Shown: positions 24,741 to 38,085, counted from the first letter of the stretch. The stretch: 64,000 nucleotides of DNA from Chiloscyllium plagiosum (GCF_004010195.1 NC_057755.1:3681462-3745461), one strand, 5' to 3'. A program made the numbers and translations. Notes: a model not told the origin generated them from the letters alone.

Positions 24741-26589
24741 CCTCTTTTTGAGACTGATACAGAGGAAGAGGAGGACGCAATTTAGCTCATTTTGAGGTGG
24801 TAAAGAGGGGAGGTTGAAGGCCATTCATCCCCTCTCATGTGATTACAAGAACAGCAAAAGGGCACTTCGTCAATTTACACTGTTCTACATGAAAAAGAGA
24901 AGGCAGGAGTGAAAGGGAAGCTGTGAGTAGTGCGGGTGTGTGTGAGGTTCAACGACAACTACATGGAGAATGAGGGAGAGAAGGTGAGGCAGAAAGAGGT
25001 GATCCTGGGAGGCAAAGCAAAATGGAGGGAATGAATTGTGGTGATGGTTGGAGGGAGAGCCAAGGCTCAATATTGAGGTTTGCAAATTTGAAGGAATGAA
25101 ATGTTTTCTTGAGGTAGCTTCTCCCTATGAATCAATAATTAAGTCAATATCTGCATTCAGTCATCTCTATCAATTGCCCCGTATTTCATCCTTTCTTTAT
25201 TAGTCTGTATTTACTCCTGCCCTATTACTCTTTACTTAATCACTACTTTACCTATATTTGATCCTGTATATTCCATTGTATTTAACCATCTCTCACTCTC
25301 TTCTGCTCAGTTCAACAATCTCCCTATTACCCTCTGTTTACTACTGACCCTATTATTTTATATTTAAGCGTCTGACAAAAAATTTCCATTGAACCCGCTC
25401 TATTTAAATTGATGTTTGATTCTACAGTGTTTAACTCTGTCTTTGTTTTCAGTTTTCTCCCTACTGCTCACTAATTCGCCTTCTCATTATTAGTCTCCAT
25501 CAAATCCTCTCCACTCTGTATTTAACCCTCTCACTTTTCCTGTATTTTAGACTTTCCCAATTATCCTGCATTCAACTCTCTTGTCATGAGTCTCCATTTA
25601 GTTCTTTCTCTATTACACTGTATTAACTCCACTTTCTTTCCCCTTAAGTAATTCTCACTGTACTCCACTCTATTCAATATCCTCCCTGTTATTCTGGATT
25701 AAATCTTCTCACCTTCCACAAAGTTTGCTAACCCGTCATCAAGTTACTAATTTTATGCTTACAAAGTATGTCACACTGACCCAGCTGTCTCCAGGCTGAC
25801 ATGCAACAAGTCCTCTCACAAAACTGAGCTAGCTTGCTGATCGGATCTGAAGATAACAGACATTAATCTGAACATTCCTGTTTATAGCTGTCAGCCAGGA
25901 CCTCCAGATTAGAACAGGCTATCAGGCCCAATCAGGGAACTCATATTCAATGAGATCTATCTGGCTTGCCTCTTTATATTCGTTACATTTTCTTCTGTAT
26001 TGATCCTCTCCCTGCGTCCCTGTAATCAATACTCTTCCTCTTGCTCTCTATGTACTTCTCCCACTATTACTTTCTATGAAATCTTCTCCCTCTTCTGTCT
26101 TCAACATCCTGCTGCCATTCCTTGTGTTCAGCTCTCTCCCTCTTCGTCCCTATTTAACCCCTCCAATTGTATTTTAGTAATTTCCCCATTATTCTTGATT
26201 AAATTCTCTTTCAATTACAATCGTTTACCCTCTCTCTATCTGTATTTAGCCCTCTCTCTTTTCCCAGTGCTCTTCAAATATTGTCTCCTCCACACCCCTT
26301 CCAGAATAAGTGTTATACGCCAGAATAATGAGAGACTGGGTGTCCCAGCCTCATCACTGATCACTACACGTGAACGTGTGATCGCCGCTGCTCTGTGCTG
26401 CCGCCCCTCTGGCCGCCGCTGTGACTGCAGATCCATCCCGAAGTGCTGAGTACTCGAACCTGGTCCAGTCCATCGATTCCAATCAGTCCCGAGACAGTTT
26501 TCCAAAGCATCAGACCAGCATTGTACTTCATTTTGTGAAGAATACTCCCATTTCACCTTCTGCTCGTCAGCTGTTTCCACATGTAGGAG

Positions 26590-26900
26590 AGACTAGAACC
26601 TGAGAGCACAGCCTCAGAGTGAAGGATGGACCTTTGGAAAAGAGATGAGGATGAATTTCTTCAGTGTAATGATGGATAATCTGTGGAAATCATTGCCACA
26701 GAGGGTTATGGAGACGAAGACATTGAGCATATTTAGAACAGGGTTCTTTGGATTAGTGATTGGGGTGGGGATCAAATGTTATGGGGAGAATGCAGGAGAT
26801 TGGGACTGAGAAACAGACCATTCATGGTTAAATGCCACTGTTTGGCTCGATGGGCTAAATGGTCTAATTCTACTCCTAATTTGCATGGCCTGATTATACA
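26590..26900 (+). mobile_element. CR1 3' end, degenerate
   Basis: ctagaacc...cacagcctcagagtgaagg...atgggctaaatggtctaattctactcct. Confidence 0.7.
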
Positions 26901-26960
26901 ATGATGGAAATGTGTTCCTGGAGAAGCGCAGCAGGTCAGGCAGCATCGAGGGAACAGGAG

Positions 26961-26996
26961 AATCGACGTTTCGGGCATTAGCCCTTCTTCAGGATT
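26961..26996 (-). ncRNA. Minimal hammerhead ribozyme motif in a Penelope-derived repeat (26910-26996)
   Basis: aatc-CTGAAGA-a-GGGC taat GCCC-GAAA-CG-TC-gatt: perfect stems I and II, GUC cleavage triplet. Confidence 0.75.
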
Positions 26997-28589
26997 ATAC
27001 AATATATTACAATATTCATAGAGAGACACAAACAGGTCCAATACAAAACATTATTTATATTTTTCATGCTTGGTTCAAACATGCACAAAAGAGCTGGTGT
27101 CCAGACTTTCATTGAGTCTTCCCCAGCACTGCTTAGTTCATAATGCAGGCCTTTGAGCACAAGTAGCAGTTCACCTTTCAGCATTCAGGAGGTACAGATA
27201 CTGACATGCTGATCTTTCCCAGGTTCCCAGAAATACACGATTGTGAGCAATCTGTGCACCGTGCCCTGCTGTACGGTTCACTTGCCCATTTTCATTAGAA
27301 ACATTCTCATGCTGAGAAAGAAACATATCCACACCCAGAGGGATTCAGTAACACAACGAAACCCTCAGATATACAGATGCACATTGACGTACAAATACAC
27401 ACACACAGAAATACAGTCAAAGTGAGATATGGGAACACACCCACATACACTCTCATGTGCACGCACATACTTACAGACGCGCAAAAAAGTCAAAAAGAAA
27501 TATGGAACATTCTCCCACATCGACGTGGGTTTCCCCCGGGTAATTCGGTTTCCTCTCACAGTTCAACATGTCCAGGTGAGGTGGATTCGCGATGCTGAAT
27601 TTCCATAGTGTCCCTGGATGTGGAGTTTAGCTGGATTGGCCACGCAAAATTGCCCATCGTAACATTGCATATGCAGATTAGCTTTATTGGCCGTGGGAAG
27701 TGAAGGATTATATGGATTGCCTGCCAGAGTCAAGACCAGTGAGGGAATTGAAATATTGTCAACGAATTTGGAATTAATATAAGTACAAAAGATCAGGTAG
27801 GTTGGTTGTAGTTGATAAGAGATTGGAAAATTTCAATCTGATCGAACGTGCTTCCAAGCGACTTTCTCTTTTTTATGGCATCAGAACAAGAATTGGGATG
27901 ATGACTCGGAGATGAGCTGCCAATTTGAATGGCTTAAAAATTTGCACGTCTGTTTATTAAACAATCTTACAGGATTAAGTCTGCAGAGTATTTTCTGCCA
28001 GCAGAACCCACAACCCATATAGAGGCATGTATTTGTGTTTAATTCATTTTCTCATTTCTACTCCTCGATCCATGCACTACAACACGTCCTGAACTCATCG
28101 CCTTTCCCAATCCATGGCTTGAATTTGAACATAGCCAAAATACAGATCATATACCTTGTGCAGAGAGTCAATGCACGCACCCTCTGATTATCTCTCCTTA
28201 CCTTTCATTTAGAAATTTGACAAGATGGAAGTAAAAGCAAGATGGTAATTGTGGCAATATTAAAAGGCGAGATCTGAAGCACGAGACGAATTGCTCCAAT
28301 CTGTAGGTGAAGTTGTAAACTATCAGGTATCGTATCCCTTCCAAGAATGGTGGCATCATTGGACACATCTAAGTTTGTCACAGTTTGCCTTCTCAGAGTA
28401 ATTGGATCCAGCCTTCAATCTTGAGTCCCACAGTTGGGGTGGTGAAATACAAGGCTGAAAATTAGAAGCATTTGGGTCTGGAGAAAAAAAATATCACGTT
28501 AGAGATTTGGAGTCCGACAGTGAGAAACTCAACGCCTGACTGCACATTCCCCACCCCAGCCCCCAACCATAATAAGACTTCCCACCATC

Positions 28590-28990
28590 TACAAAGCAGG
28601 AGTGTGATGGAATAATCCCCACGTGCCTGGATGGGTGAAGTTCCAACAACACCCTAAAAAGGCTTGACACCATCCATAATAAAGCAGCACACTTTTGACT
28701 GACACCACATCCACAAGCATCCATTGCCTCCACCACCGAATCTCAGTAGCAGACATGTGTGCTATCTACAAGATGCACTGCAGCAATTCAACAAGGTTTC
28801 CTGCGAAAGCACCTATGAACTCCAGAACACAACTATCCAGGAGGACAAAGATAGCAGATAAATGAAAACAAAACCCCTTGAAAGTTGTCCTCCAAGCCAC
28901 TCACCATCCTGATTTGGAACTATATCGGAGTTCCTTAATTGCTGTTGGTTCACAATCCTTCAATTCAACCCCTGTGCATTGTGATAAGGC
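28590..28990 (+). mobile_element. CR1/L2-group LINE 3' fragment
   Basis: ggagtgtgatggaata...cttgacaccatcca...tctacaagatgcactgcagc, resembling a LINE ORF2 C-terminus. Confidence 0.55.
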
Positions 28991-29269
28991 TGTTGGTGTC
29001 AGAGATTATTTTGTGCTTTTTGTTTCAAAATTGTGGGTTTATGAGAGAGGTGAAGAGCTGTCTACTCGGCAAGTCAATAGATTAAATAATTTGTGAGGTC
29101 TTGGTTTATTTTAACGGTTGGAACAAGAGAAGCAGCCTAACTGGGGATGGCCAGCTGTCTCATACCAAGATTTTTAATCTCATCATTTTATTTTTAGATT
29201 TAGCTTTAAACAGTCACGGTTGTTGCATTGAATACATGAAAGCTTTTTTTCCAAATATATATATATATT

Positions 29270-29800
29270 GTCCTGCGCCTAATGCAGTCTTGATGTTAAG
29301 CGAGTCACACTCACCCATCTCTGGTATCATTTCTTTTTTCCATGTCAGAACCAAGTGTGTAATGAGGTCAAGAGTTGACTGGCCACAGTGGAACACAAAC
29401 TGGTCGTCACTGAGCAGGTTATTGCTGAGCAGGTGCTGCTTGTTGATGATAACTTCCATCACTTTACTGATGCTCGAGATAAGACTGATGGGGCGGAAAT
29501 TGACCATCTTGGCTTTTTCCTCCTTTTTGTGTATAGGATACAAGAGTGCAAAATTCCACTCACTCGGGTAGATGCCAGTTTTGTAGCTTCACAGGAACTG
29601 CTTGACTCAGGGCACCGCAAGTTCTGGAGCACATACCAACGATGCCATTGCTCTAATATCGTCAGGGCCGCTGCCTTTGCCCGCTAGAGAAGACCAAGAT
29701 GAATCAACCCTTTGGCAGTTCTGTCTGAAGGGTTTTGTGAACAGGTTCAGCCTCGCTTTTGTGCTGAGTCATTTGGATTCCCCATTGTGGATGATTGGAG
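29270..29800 (-). mobile_element. CR1/L2-group LINE RT fragment
   Basis: NFRPISLISSISKVMEVIINKQHLLSNNLLSDDQFVFHCGQSTLDLI (RT N-terminal motifs). Confidence 0.85.
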
Positions 29801-30954
29801 ATATATTTGGAGTCATGATCGCAAAGGACCGCATACCCTCCCTCAGCAGAGAGGGGTAACGGGTGGCGAGTTTAACCTGGGGGTCAGCACACCGTGCATG
29901 AATCCGAAAGGAAGAGTCCTTTATGGTGACATTCTGATCGACTGGTCGCCATTGTACGAACACTTGAAAATAATGTAATTTATTATGCCAGATATTTTGA
30001 ATATTCTCGGTGCTCTAACACTGACATGCTCAGGCTCTTATGATGAAAGTGGTAGTGACCTTACCTCTGAAATACAAGGACTGTGCTCAAGTATTACCGG
30101 TTTTGAGATGTGTCTGAACAGGCTGATGAAAATGGCTGTATTCGGTGAATTGTTACATTAGTGTTCTCATGGTATACACCTACTAAGGACCGAGTGTCTT
30201 ATTCCGAAATCTGATAGAACAGGTTTACAGTACTTGATGGAGTTCTGCACGATGAGATAGGATCCTTGACGGATTAGGCTCCATGGAGGGACCTGTACCC
30301 TCATCAGAACTGTGTGTAATCGTGCCAGCTCAATGAACACTGGAGAAACTCAACAGATCTGGCAGAATCTGGGTAGAAAGAAACAGGGTTAATGTTTCGA
30401 GTCCGGTTTGAGTCTTCTTCACAACGGCTTCAAGGAAATATGATCTAGGGCAGGCGTAGTGATTCTGAGGGGAATGAGATACTGGGCAAAATGAGATGGA
30501 TTCTGATATCCATTAGTGGAACCGAAAGAGAAAGTGTTTGATTCTGTTACTGAGCTAAGTGAGATCTCCAAATCTAGTCCTGTCATGCGTAGTTTCCAAC
30601 GCTCTCCAGGTTCTAATCCTGTCACAGGACCAGTCTTGGGCGGGTTATATCTTCAAGGAATGTTTGAGGCTGAAACTGACTCAATGTCGATGCGGCAAGT
30701 TTCCAGTAACCATTTACGGAGACTGAAAATGTGGAGGGGCATCATTCGTTGACGTTTTGAGGCTGTGTAGACTATTTAAGTGCTATCTTGAAATGTGTCC
30801 ATTATAAAATGTGTTTCCGAGTATCTGTCCACCCAAAATACACTAAATTAAACCCAAGAGCTTCTTATTTGTACTTAAACTGTACTGTTGAATATTGTGC
30901 ACAAATTTATTCAATCTGTAAATTACACTTTCTGTTCCCTTATTTCTTGTGCAG

Positions 30955-31862
30955 TTAATTCTCTTGGAATTGTGGTCATGCACTGAGGAAACTGTAGTCC
31001 CTCAAACTGCACCAGTCTTTACCTGCTGGACATGGGAACAGCAAATCTATTTGCTAGAATCACTGAAGATATTCTGTGACAGATTAAATATTATTATTTC
31101 CCCTATATTTCCTGGACCTCATCCCTGTGTGCAGTGTTAACAATGTTCTGCTTCATGCAGCGGTGAACTGTTCTATCCGGTTCACAGTCACCTTCTGATT
31201 TAATCGATTTATTACAATCTGCTTCCTGATCATGAAAACGAAATATTGCACCAAGAAAAATGCAGATATCATTTTCTCAATATGGTACACGTCGCTCTGT
31301 TTTTAAAAAATCCGGTTTTAATTTTGATATGAATAAAAAAAGGCCATTGCCCATGTAGCATGGTTCTGTTATCAAAAAACAAAATGCATTACTGAGCCTG
31401 GATAGGTGGGATTTAATTTGTTTGATAGGGTTTTATCTCCATTGTTTCCATTTGCTTCAATTTTGTTGATCAGTGCTCTGACATTAAGACACATTTTCGT
31501 TAGTAGTCGTCCATCAGAGACTGCAGGGTCAGAACAAAGGAGAGATTCCCAGTGACCCAGAGATGAAGGGCAGAAGAAAGTCTGTGATTTTACTTTTCAC
31601 CATATCCGGCACCTTCATAATTCTCTGGTCAGTGCATGTTATGGAATTATTTTACTATAACATTCGAGGAAAACACCTAAAACTTTGCAACAATACAGAA
31701 CATATATTTGTGACGGCTGGCCTTTCACTGGCGAATTTAAGTTGCTGCACAAATACATTTGTTTATATGGCAACCCAATCCCAGTTCAGACAGCAAGACC
31801 AGGAGATGATGAAGTATCCCATCACATTAATTATCCAGTTACTGAATGAACAAAACGGCTGA
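30955..31862 (+). pseudogene. GPR139-like GPCR exon 2 pseudogene (unit 3); exon 1 not found
   Basis: Intact polypyrimidine-CAG acceptor; (V)NSLGIVVMH*GNCSPSNCTSLYLLDMGTANL, PVCSV...FTVTF*FNRFITICF...KTKYCT, RRKSVILLFTISGTFIILW, LSCCTNTFVYMATQSQFRQQ. Several stops (first TGA at 30984) and frameshifts. Confidence 0.9.
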
Positions 31863-31879
31863 TAACAGTCCAGAGACAT

Positions 31880-32900
31880 GCTCCAGGAAGTACATGTCAT
31901 GAATGGGAAAAGAAATCACTAAAGCTATCGTGAATAGCCGGAATCAAAACACTGATCCGCATGGAAGACCAATGCTCATTGTTTTCCGGTTCAAAAAATA
32001 TACATTCTGCTTTCTGACACTGATAAATTCTCAATCCATTACAGAATACTGCCTGTATACCAATTGCTTTAATATTGCAAAATTAACCTTTAACATGAGA
32101 CTTTATGAAATAGTCTCAAAAAATCTAAATGCACTACATCCACTCCATGTCCCTTACCACACTCTGAGGTTATCTTCAAGGAATTCCTGTATGTTTGTAA
32201 AATATGATTTCACTTTCATCAGTGTGTGTTGACGTCATTCTCATAGTAACTTCAACATTTTCGCGATGTTTCATGTTAAACAGTCTGTGTGTCATGGTTT
32301 TCTCCATTCTGCAATTTTTAACATATTAGAGTGGCACTGTGACCCTCTAATCTGCCAGGGTGCTCCATTCTTCAGAATCTGCAGATTTTGGGAAGGTAAC
32401 AACAACACGTGCCGATTTCAACTTCAATACATCACATTCCACAAAGCCCACATCCCAACCAATGCTCCACCAAACGTGCGCGCGCACACACACACCACAC
32501 AAACACACATCCACTTCAGCGGCATGAATTTTCAATTAATCTCCTAGCTCCTGGATTAATTTGAATGAATTTCTCCAGAACTTTGGTAAACTAATGTTAA
32601 TTGTCTTCAATTCTCACCTACATTAGTGCCCTTCGGTTCACTGGCATTTATTTGCATCGTCTTGTGTAAAGATAGAGCTAAATGAGTTGTTTAATTGCAC
32701 TGCTATTTCCTTGAATCGTATGGTGTAATTTTGGATCGGAAAGAACGCACATTGTCTTCACATGCTCTCAGAAGCTCCTACATTCTGCATTTATATTCCT
32801 AGCGAGTTTAACCATTGGGGTCACAACATGTAGGAGAAGTAAGCCAAACACCCCGTCGAGACTCTCTGCCAACCAATGTGGTCACAGCTCAGGGAGATTG
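31880..32900 (-). mobile_element. Old CR1 RT remnant
   Basis: aacactgatcc...gga (reverse of GVPQGSV), aaatgcactacatccact (reverse of the DVVYLD region); heavily decayed. Confidence 0.55.
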
Positions 32901-32989
32901 TTAATGGTGAACGATTGTGTTTATGTGTGAGAGAGATACAGATACAGTGTGCTCATCATAGATACCCGACAATGCAGAAGCAGGCCATT

Positions 32990-33390
32990 CAGAGACCGGA
33001 CGGGAGGGTGAGAGAGATAAGGTGAAGGGCAGCGATAGGCTGAGACAGGGAGAGACTGAGACCGAGAGAGTAAGAAGCTCTGAGAGAGACAGGAAGAGAG
33101 GTGAGGGTCTCCAAGAGGCTGACGAAGAGAGAGAGAGGGAGAAGTGAATGACAGTGAGAGGCTGAGAGAAAGGGGGACAGGGATAGACAGGGAGAGAGCA
33201 AGAGGCTGTAAGAGAGAGCGAGAAATGAGAGGGCAGTGAGAGACTAACAGAGCTAGAGATGCGAAAGGCAGTGAGAGGCTGAGAGACCAAGAGAGGAGAA
33301 GGACAGTGAGAGACAGTGAGACAGCAAGAGGGTGAGTGAGACTAATAGAAAACATGAAAACATCCGTGAGAGTGTGAGACAGAGTAAAAC
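32990..33390 (+). repeat. GA-rich low-complexity tract
   Basis: Purine-rich gaga/gacagtgaga words. Confidence 0.85.
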
Positions 33391-34089
33391 AGAATGCTAT
33401 GCAATGCTCCAATCATGGGATCACCAATGACTTGTACAGCATAATATGATGTTCCGACTACACTGTACCAAACGGTCGACCAGTCATGCTACTTTCAAGG
33501 AACCAGACAATTGCAACCTTTGGTCTCTCTGATCGAGGGCTCTACCATTAATTGTGTATGTGCTGCCCTGTTTTGTCTTCTGTCAAACATTCATGTTTTC
33601 TTAGAATGGCAATCACCGTCAATCATTGTTCCATTTGACGCTTCTGGATAAAAAAAATCCACTTCACAGAATGTTAACATGACCATACAGCCAAAAATCA
33701 GGAGGACAGTTCTTGTGATGCCATGCGTTGCCATTGTTAGAAGTCAGGAAGTGAGAAAAGTTTGCTGTGACCATACAGGGCGTTTGGGGGTAACATACCT
33801 AACATTGATAAGCGGTTTTGAAATTCGGAGATAAAAAAATCATATCAATTTTGCATGCTGTAGCAGTCAACAGGATTAAAATGGTGTGTGTGTGTGTGTG
33901 CAGGTCTTATCAGGGATTGGAGAAGGACAGGACAGAAAAAAAAACATTAAATTATTGCAACGCTGGAATGAAAATTTAGAACTGAGCGAGGGTTAATAGT
34001 TCTCCCCTGACTTTGCTCCCACCTGACTTTGGCACCCAGCTTTGCCATCCCCCAATGTTCCTCCTTGTGATTATACGAGCAAGAAAATC

Positions 34090-34630
34090 CTGTTGAAGGT
34101 CTTCAGAAGTTTGTTTAGGCCATATTTAGTGCAGTTCTGGTCACTGCACCATAGGGAGTAATGATGCATTGGAGGGAGTGCAAAGGGATTCCCCAAATTG
34201 TTGCTACGTGTATAGCACTTTACCCAAGAGGAAGGAAGCTTGATCCACTCAGGCTGCTTTCTTTGGAGCAGAGATCGGGAGATGTAGGACTATGAGGTGC
34301 TGGACAGGCTGAATAGAAAGTAGCTGGTCTCGTTAGTCACAGGGCCAATAACAACGAGGTATAAGTTTAAGCTGAAAGGCTAGACGTTTAAAGGGACCAT
34401 GAGGATAAAGATTCTCACTGATATCATGGAGGGGTGTTGCACCTTTCTGTGTGGGACTGTCGGTGACCTCACAAACTTTAAAAGTACTTGGATGAGAACT
34501 TGAAATGTCATAACTTTCAAGGCTATGAGCCAGATGCTGGAGAATGGGACTGATACAGATATATTGTAACGTTGGTGACACAAGCATAATGGGCCGAAGG
34601 GACTCTTCTATTCCATAAGATTCTGTCATA
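34090..34630 (+). mobile_element. CR1 3' fragment, degenerate
   Basis: gtgcagttctggtcac (VQFWS)...tgggccgaagggactcttct...taagattct. Confidence 0.75.
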
Positions 34631-35266
34631 CTAGAATCCTGAAATTAAGCTTCTGAATTAGTTTCAAGTTTGTTTTGTATTTGTATCGAGAAAGCATAAG
34701 TTAGTGTAAGTGTCAGTTGTTGTTGTGATCGATATTAGCTTCAGGTTCTCTCTTGGAGTGCTCAGACACAAATAGAATTTCACAAATGAGTTGTAAACAT
34801 GAATTAATAAGAGCAACAGTGCCATACAGTGTGCAGTAATACAGCTCGCAAGGAGCGCTACAACATGAGGTATTGAAAGTCTGAAAAGCGTCAGCAAATT
34901 GAAGGTCATCATTGAAAAGAATATCAACAGATAGTTCGATATTGGTGGGACTGATAATGAGTGAAACCATGTTGCTGCTTGAAGACAGGTTGGAAATGAC
35001 ATTGAGACGTGATGGGATCAGATTATTCCAGTCTTTGGGGTACTCAATTACAGACATAAATCTCATTGAGATCACATCATTAAAATAAAGCTGTAGCTGT
35101 AATCTGTTCAGAAACAAAATAACAGTGCCTTCAATGTTTCCAGTGGACTTGTAACATCATACAAAATAAGGTTGTGGAAATATGTCAGCTCCAGTTAAGA
35201 GAGAATTCTCCAATTCTGACAGGTTGAAAGCAGCAGGAAGGGAGAGACTGTTTCATAAACAGCAAA

Positions 35267-36997
35267 ATGCATTTTCCGAGACAAACGGTGGAAAATCTGT
35301 ATGCCACTGTCCTTGCCACTGTTGGTATTCCTGGTAAGTCTTTTAACATGCTATGTTACATACATATATGCATTAAATCATACCTATTTCAACTTTATGA
35401 CTATAAATTATATTATTTTCATTTAGCAAGGCAAATTCCATTGGCAGGCGACAGTGCCCTCACCTATTGAGTTTAAAGTGAGCAGTTTGTCAATTATGAG
35501 CCTACTCAGTAATGTGTAGCATTGTCAGTTTGTTAATTATGCGCTGAATGGTATTTTAATGATAATGAATGGATTATTTTTGATTGACCACCGGCTCTGT
35601 CTTGCCCCAGAAAAACTATTTAGAAATCTCACTTTCTGTCTCTGTGATAGTTCAAAGCCTGCGATGGGTCAGATGAGTTTTGTAAAAATCCACCTATCAA
35701 TGACATCAGGCTTTTCCCATGTCTTGGTGTTAAGATATTTTGTTGGTGCATCTGACTCAGGCAGCTTGCTCCAAATGGGAGCACAGATGCAACGTTGTGA
35801 GGATGTTGTTGCCTTATTGGAAACTCCAGTCAGTCTGAGTAACTTATGAAGCAGATGAAATCAACCACTGCCGAGCCCAAAACAATGTTGAAGAAATTAC
35901 AATGCTTCTGTCAGCAATCAGCTACTTATGTTTTTCCCTTCATATCTTAAAACCTGCAAGTGATTCATCTGGAGAGTATTTACTGGTGTGGTTCAGATTG
36001 TTTAAAGTTTGTATGACACAGAACAACACTTATCTTTCTGTCATTACTTACAGCCTGGGTCCAGCCGCAGATAACGTTTGATCAGTAACTACTTTTTCCC
36101 TTTAATTCTCTTACCGTTACTCTAGTGCTAATTGTATTTCTGGCTCAGGGAAAGTGTGGTCTTTCGAAATGCAGCAGTCCTATCGACTGAACATGGCAGT
36201 GTCTGATCTGCTGTTCATTTTTTTTGCCGTATTCTTCAAATTTTCACGCTATTATTATGCACAATGTTTCCTGGGCATTACTCCTGTTTGTAGCCTTACC
36301 TATGCCCTGAGCTGCTTGACCATTGATTGTTTGGTCTGGTTCACTGTTGCATTTTATTTTGATCGATTTGTCGCCATTTGTTTTCATCAGATGAAGACTA
36401 AGTATTGCACAGAGAAAACTTCGATGAGAGTTCTAGCAGCAATCTGCATTTTCTTTGCTTTAAAAACATTCCCAACTACTTCCCATTTAAACCTGTAATG
36501 ATCAGCAATAATGTTCCATGGTACTGTTATACCACGTCCAGTTATTATAATGACCCTCAGTGGAAACGTTTTGAATATTTTGAACAATTTTTAACGCCGT
36601 TTCTCCCATTTCCTTTTATTCTCTTTATTAATGTTCTGCCCGTCAGACACACCTTCGATACTGTTAAGGTGCATAAGGGACTGATGGGTCAGAGAAAAAT
36701 AGACAATGATCCGGAGATAGAGAGCAGACAGAATTCCGTGGTTTTACTTTTGCCATATGTGCTAGCCTCATACTTCTCTGGTTGGTTTATGTCTGAATTT
36801 TATTTAATGTTGTTGATTCCTTGGATTTTGCTGCTTCTCCTCTCTTCCAACAAGTCAGGTAAATGCTACAGGACTTACATTTCTGCACAAACGCATTCAT
36901 TTATGTGGTGACGCAGAGAAATTTCAGAGACCAGTTGAAGGACGCTGTGAAATATCCAGTTATGAAAATAATTCAGTTGATGGACTCGAAACGTTAA
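35267..36997 (+). pseudogene. Complete two-exon GPR139-like GPCR pseudogene (unit 4): exon 1 35267-35333, exon 2 36117-36997
   Basis: MHFPRQTVENLYATVLATVGIP-G|GTAAG; 783-nt intron; the expected acceptor reads ttaccg instead of ttacag. VTLVLIVFLAQGKCGLSKC, MAVSDLL, VWFTVAFYFDRFVAICF, DPEIESRQNSVVLL, CTNAFIYVVTQRNFRDQL. Frameshifts near 36180, 36465 and 36750. Confidence 0.9.
35560..35800 (-). mobile_element. Vingi/ingi-like non-LTR retrotransposon remnant in intron 1 of unit 4
   Basis: AGFELSQRQKVRFLNSF; homologous to 48165 and 63476. Confidence 0.5.
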
Positions 36998-37199
36998 CTC
37001 TGTTTCTGTCTATCCAATGCTAGCTGATCAGGTGTACTTTATTTCAACGCATTTCCATTTTATTTAAGGTGTTTCTGCAGGAGAGAACGCACATAGACAA
37101 ATGGCTAACAGTAAAAGTTTAGAAAATGAAGTTGAACTAAATAAATTATAGCTATTAGACAATATTTTTCAACAGAATTATGAATTTGAAAATGAGCCA

Positions 37200-38085
37200 C
37201 CAAAATTCAAGATGCAGTCGACAGCAAAGAAGGTTAGCTCAGAGCACAACGGGATTCTGATCAGATGACCCAATGGACCGAGGAGTGACAGATGGAATTT
37301 CGAGGAGTGTGAGGTGCTGCACTTTGGATTGGCAAACCAGCACATGACTTATACACTTAAAGGTAAGGTCCTGGGGAGCGTTACTGATCAAAGAGACATT
37401 GGGATGCAATTTCGTAGTTCCTTGAAAGTGGGATCACAGATAAATAGGATAGTGAAGAAGGCGTTTGAAATGCTTTCATTCATTGGTCCGTGTATTGAAT
37501 ATAAAGGTTGGAAGATCATGTTGCAGTTGTACAGAACATTGGAATACTGCATGCAGTTGTGCTCTTCAAGCTATAGGAAGGAAGTTATGAAGCTTTTAGG
37601 GTTTCAGAAAGGCTTTACAAGGATGTTGCCAAGGTGGGAGAGATTGGCTGTAAGGAGAGGCGGAATTGGGTTGGTCTGTTTTTTTTTCCTGGAGTGTCAG
37701 AAGCTGCTGCGTATCCCAATAGAAGTTTATAAAAACTTGAGTGCCATGGATGTGGTGAAGAAACGACGTCTTTTCCTCTGGGTTTGGGAGTCAAAAGCTA
37801 GAGGACATCGGTTTAAATTGCGGAAGAAAGACAAAAAAAACAAAGCAAGTAAAGGGGCATCGTTCAGATATAAAGGATTGTGCGCGTCTGAAATGAGGTG
37901 CCAGAGGTATTGGTAGAGGCAGGTAAAACCATAATGACTAAAACGCTTCTGGATGTGTATGTGAATAGCAAGGGTTTAGAGTGGTTTGGGCCAAATGCTG
38001 GCAAATGACCCTAGATTAGTTGAGGCTATCTGATTAGCGTGGATGAGTTGGACTGAAAGGTTGTTTCCACAGTACATCTCTGACT
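37200..38085 (+). mobile_element. CR1/HER1 3' fragment
   Basis: ORF 37314-37916 LHFGLANQHMTYTLKGKVLGSV...ARGHRFKL, plus CR1 3' UTR. Confidence 0.92.

Larger units (their letters stand above)
16360..26520. repeat. Segmental duplication, copy B
   Basis: See copy A. Copy B has extra sequence at ~19360-20920 and ~21600-23190. Confidence 0.9.
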
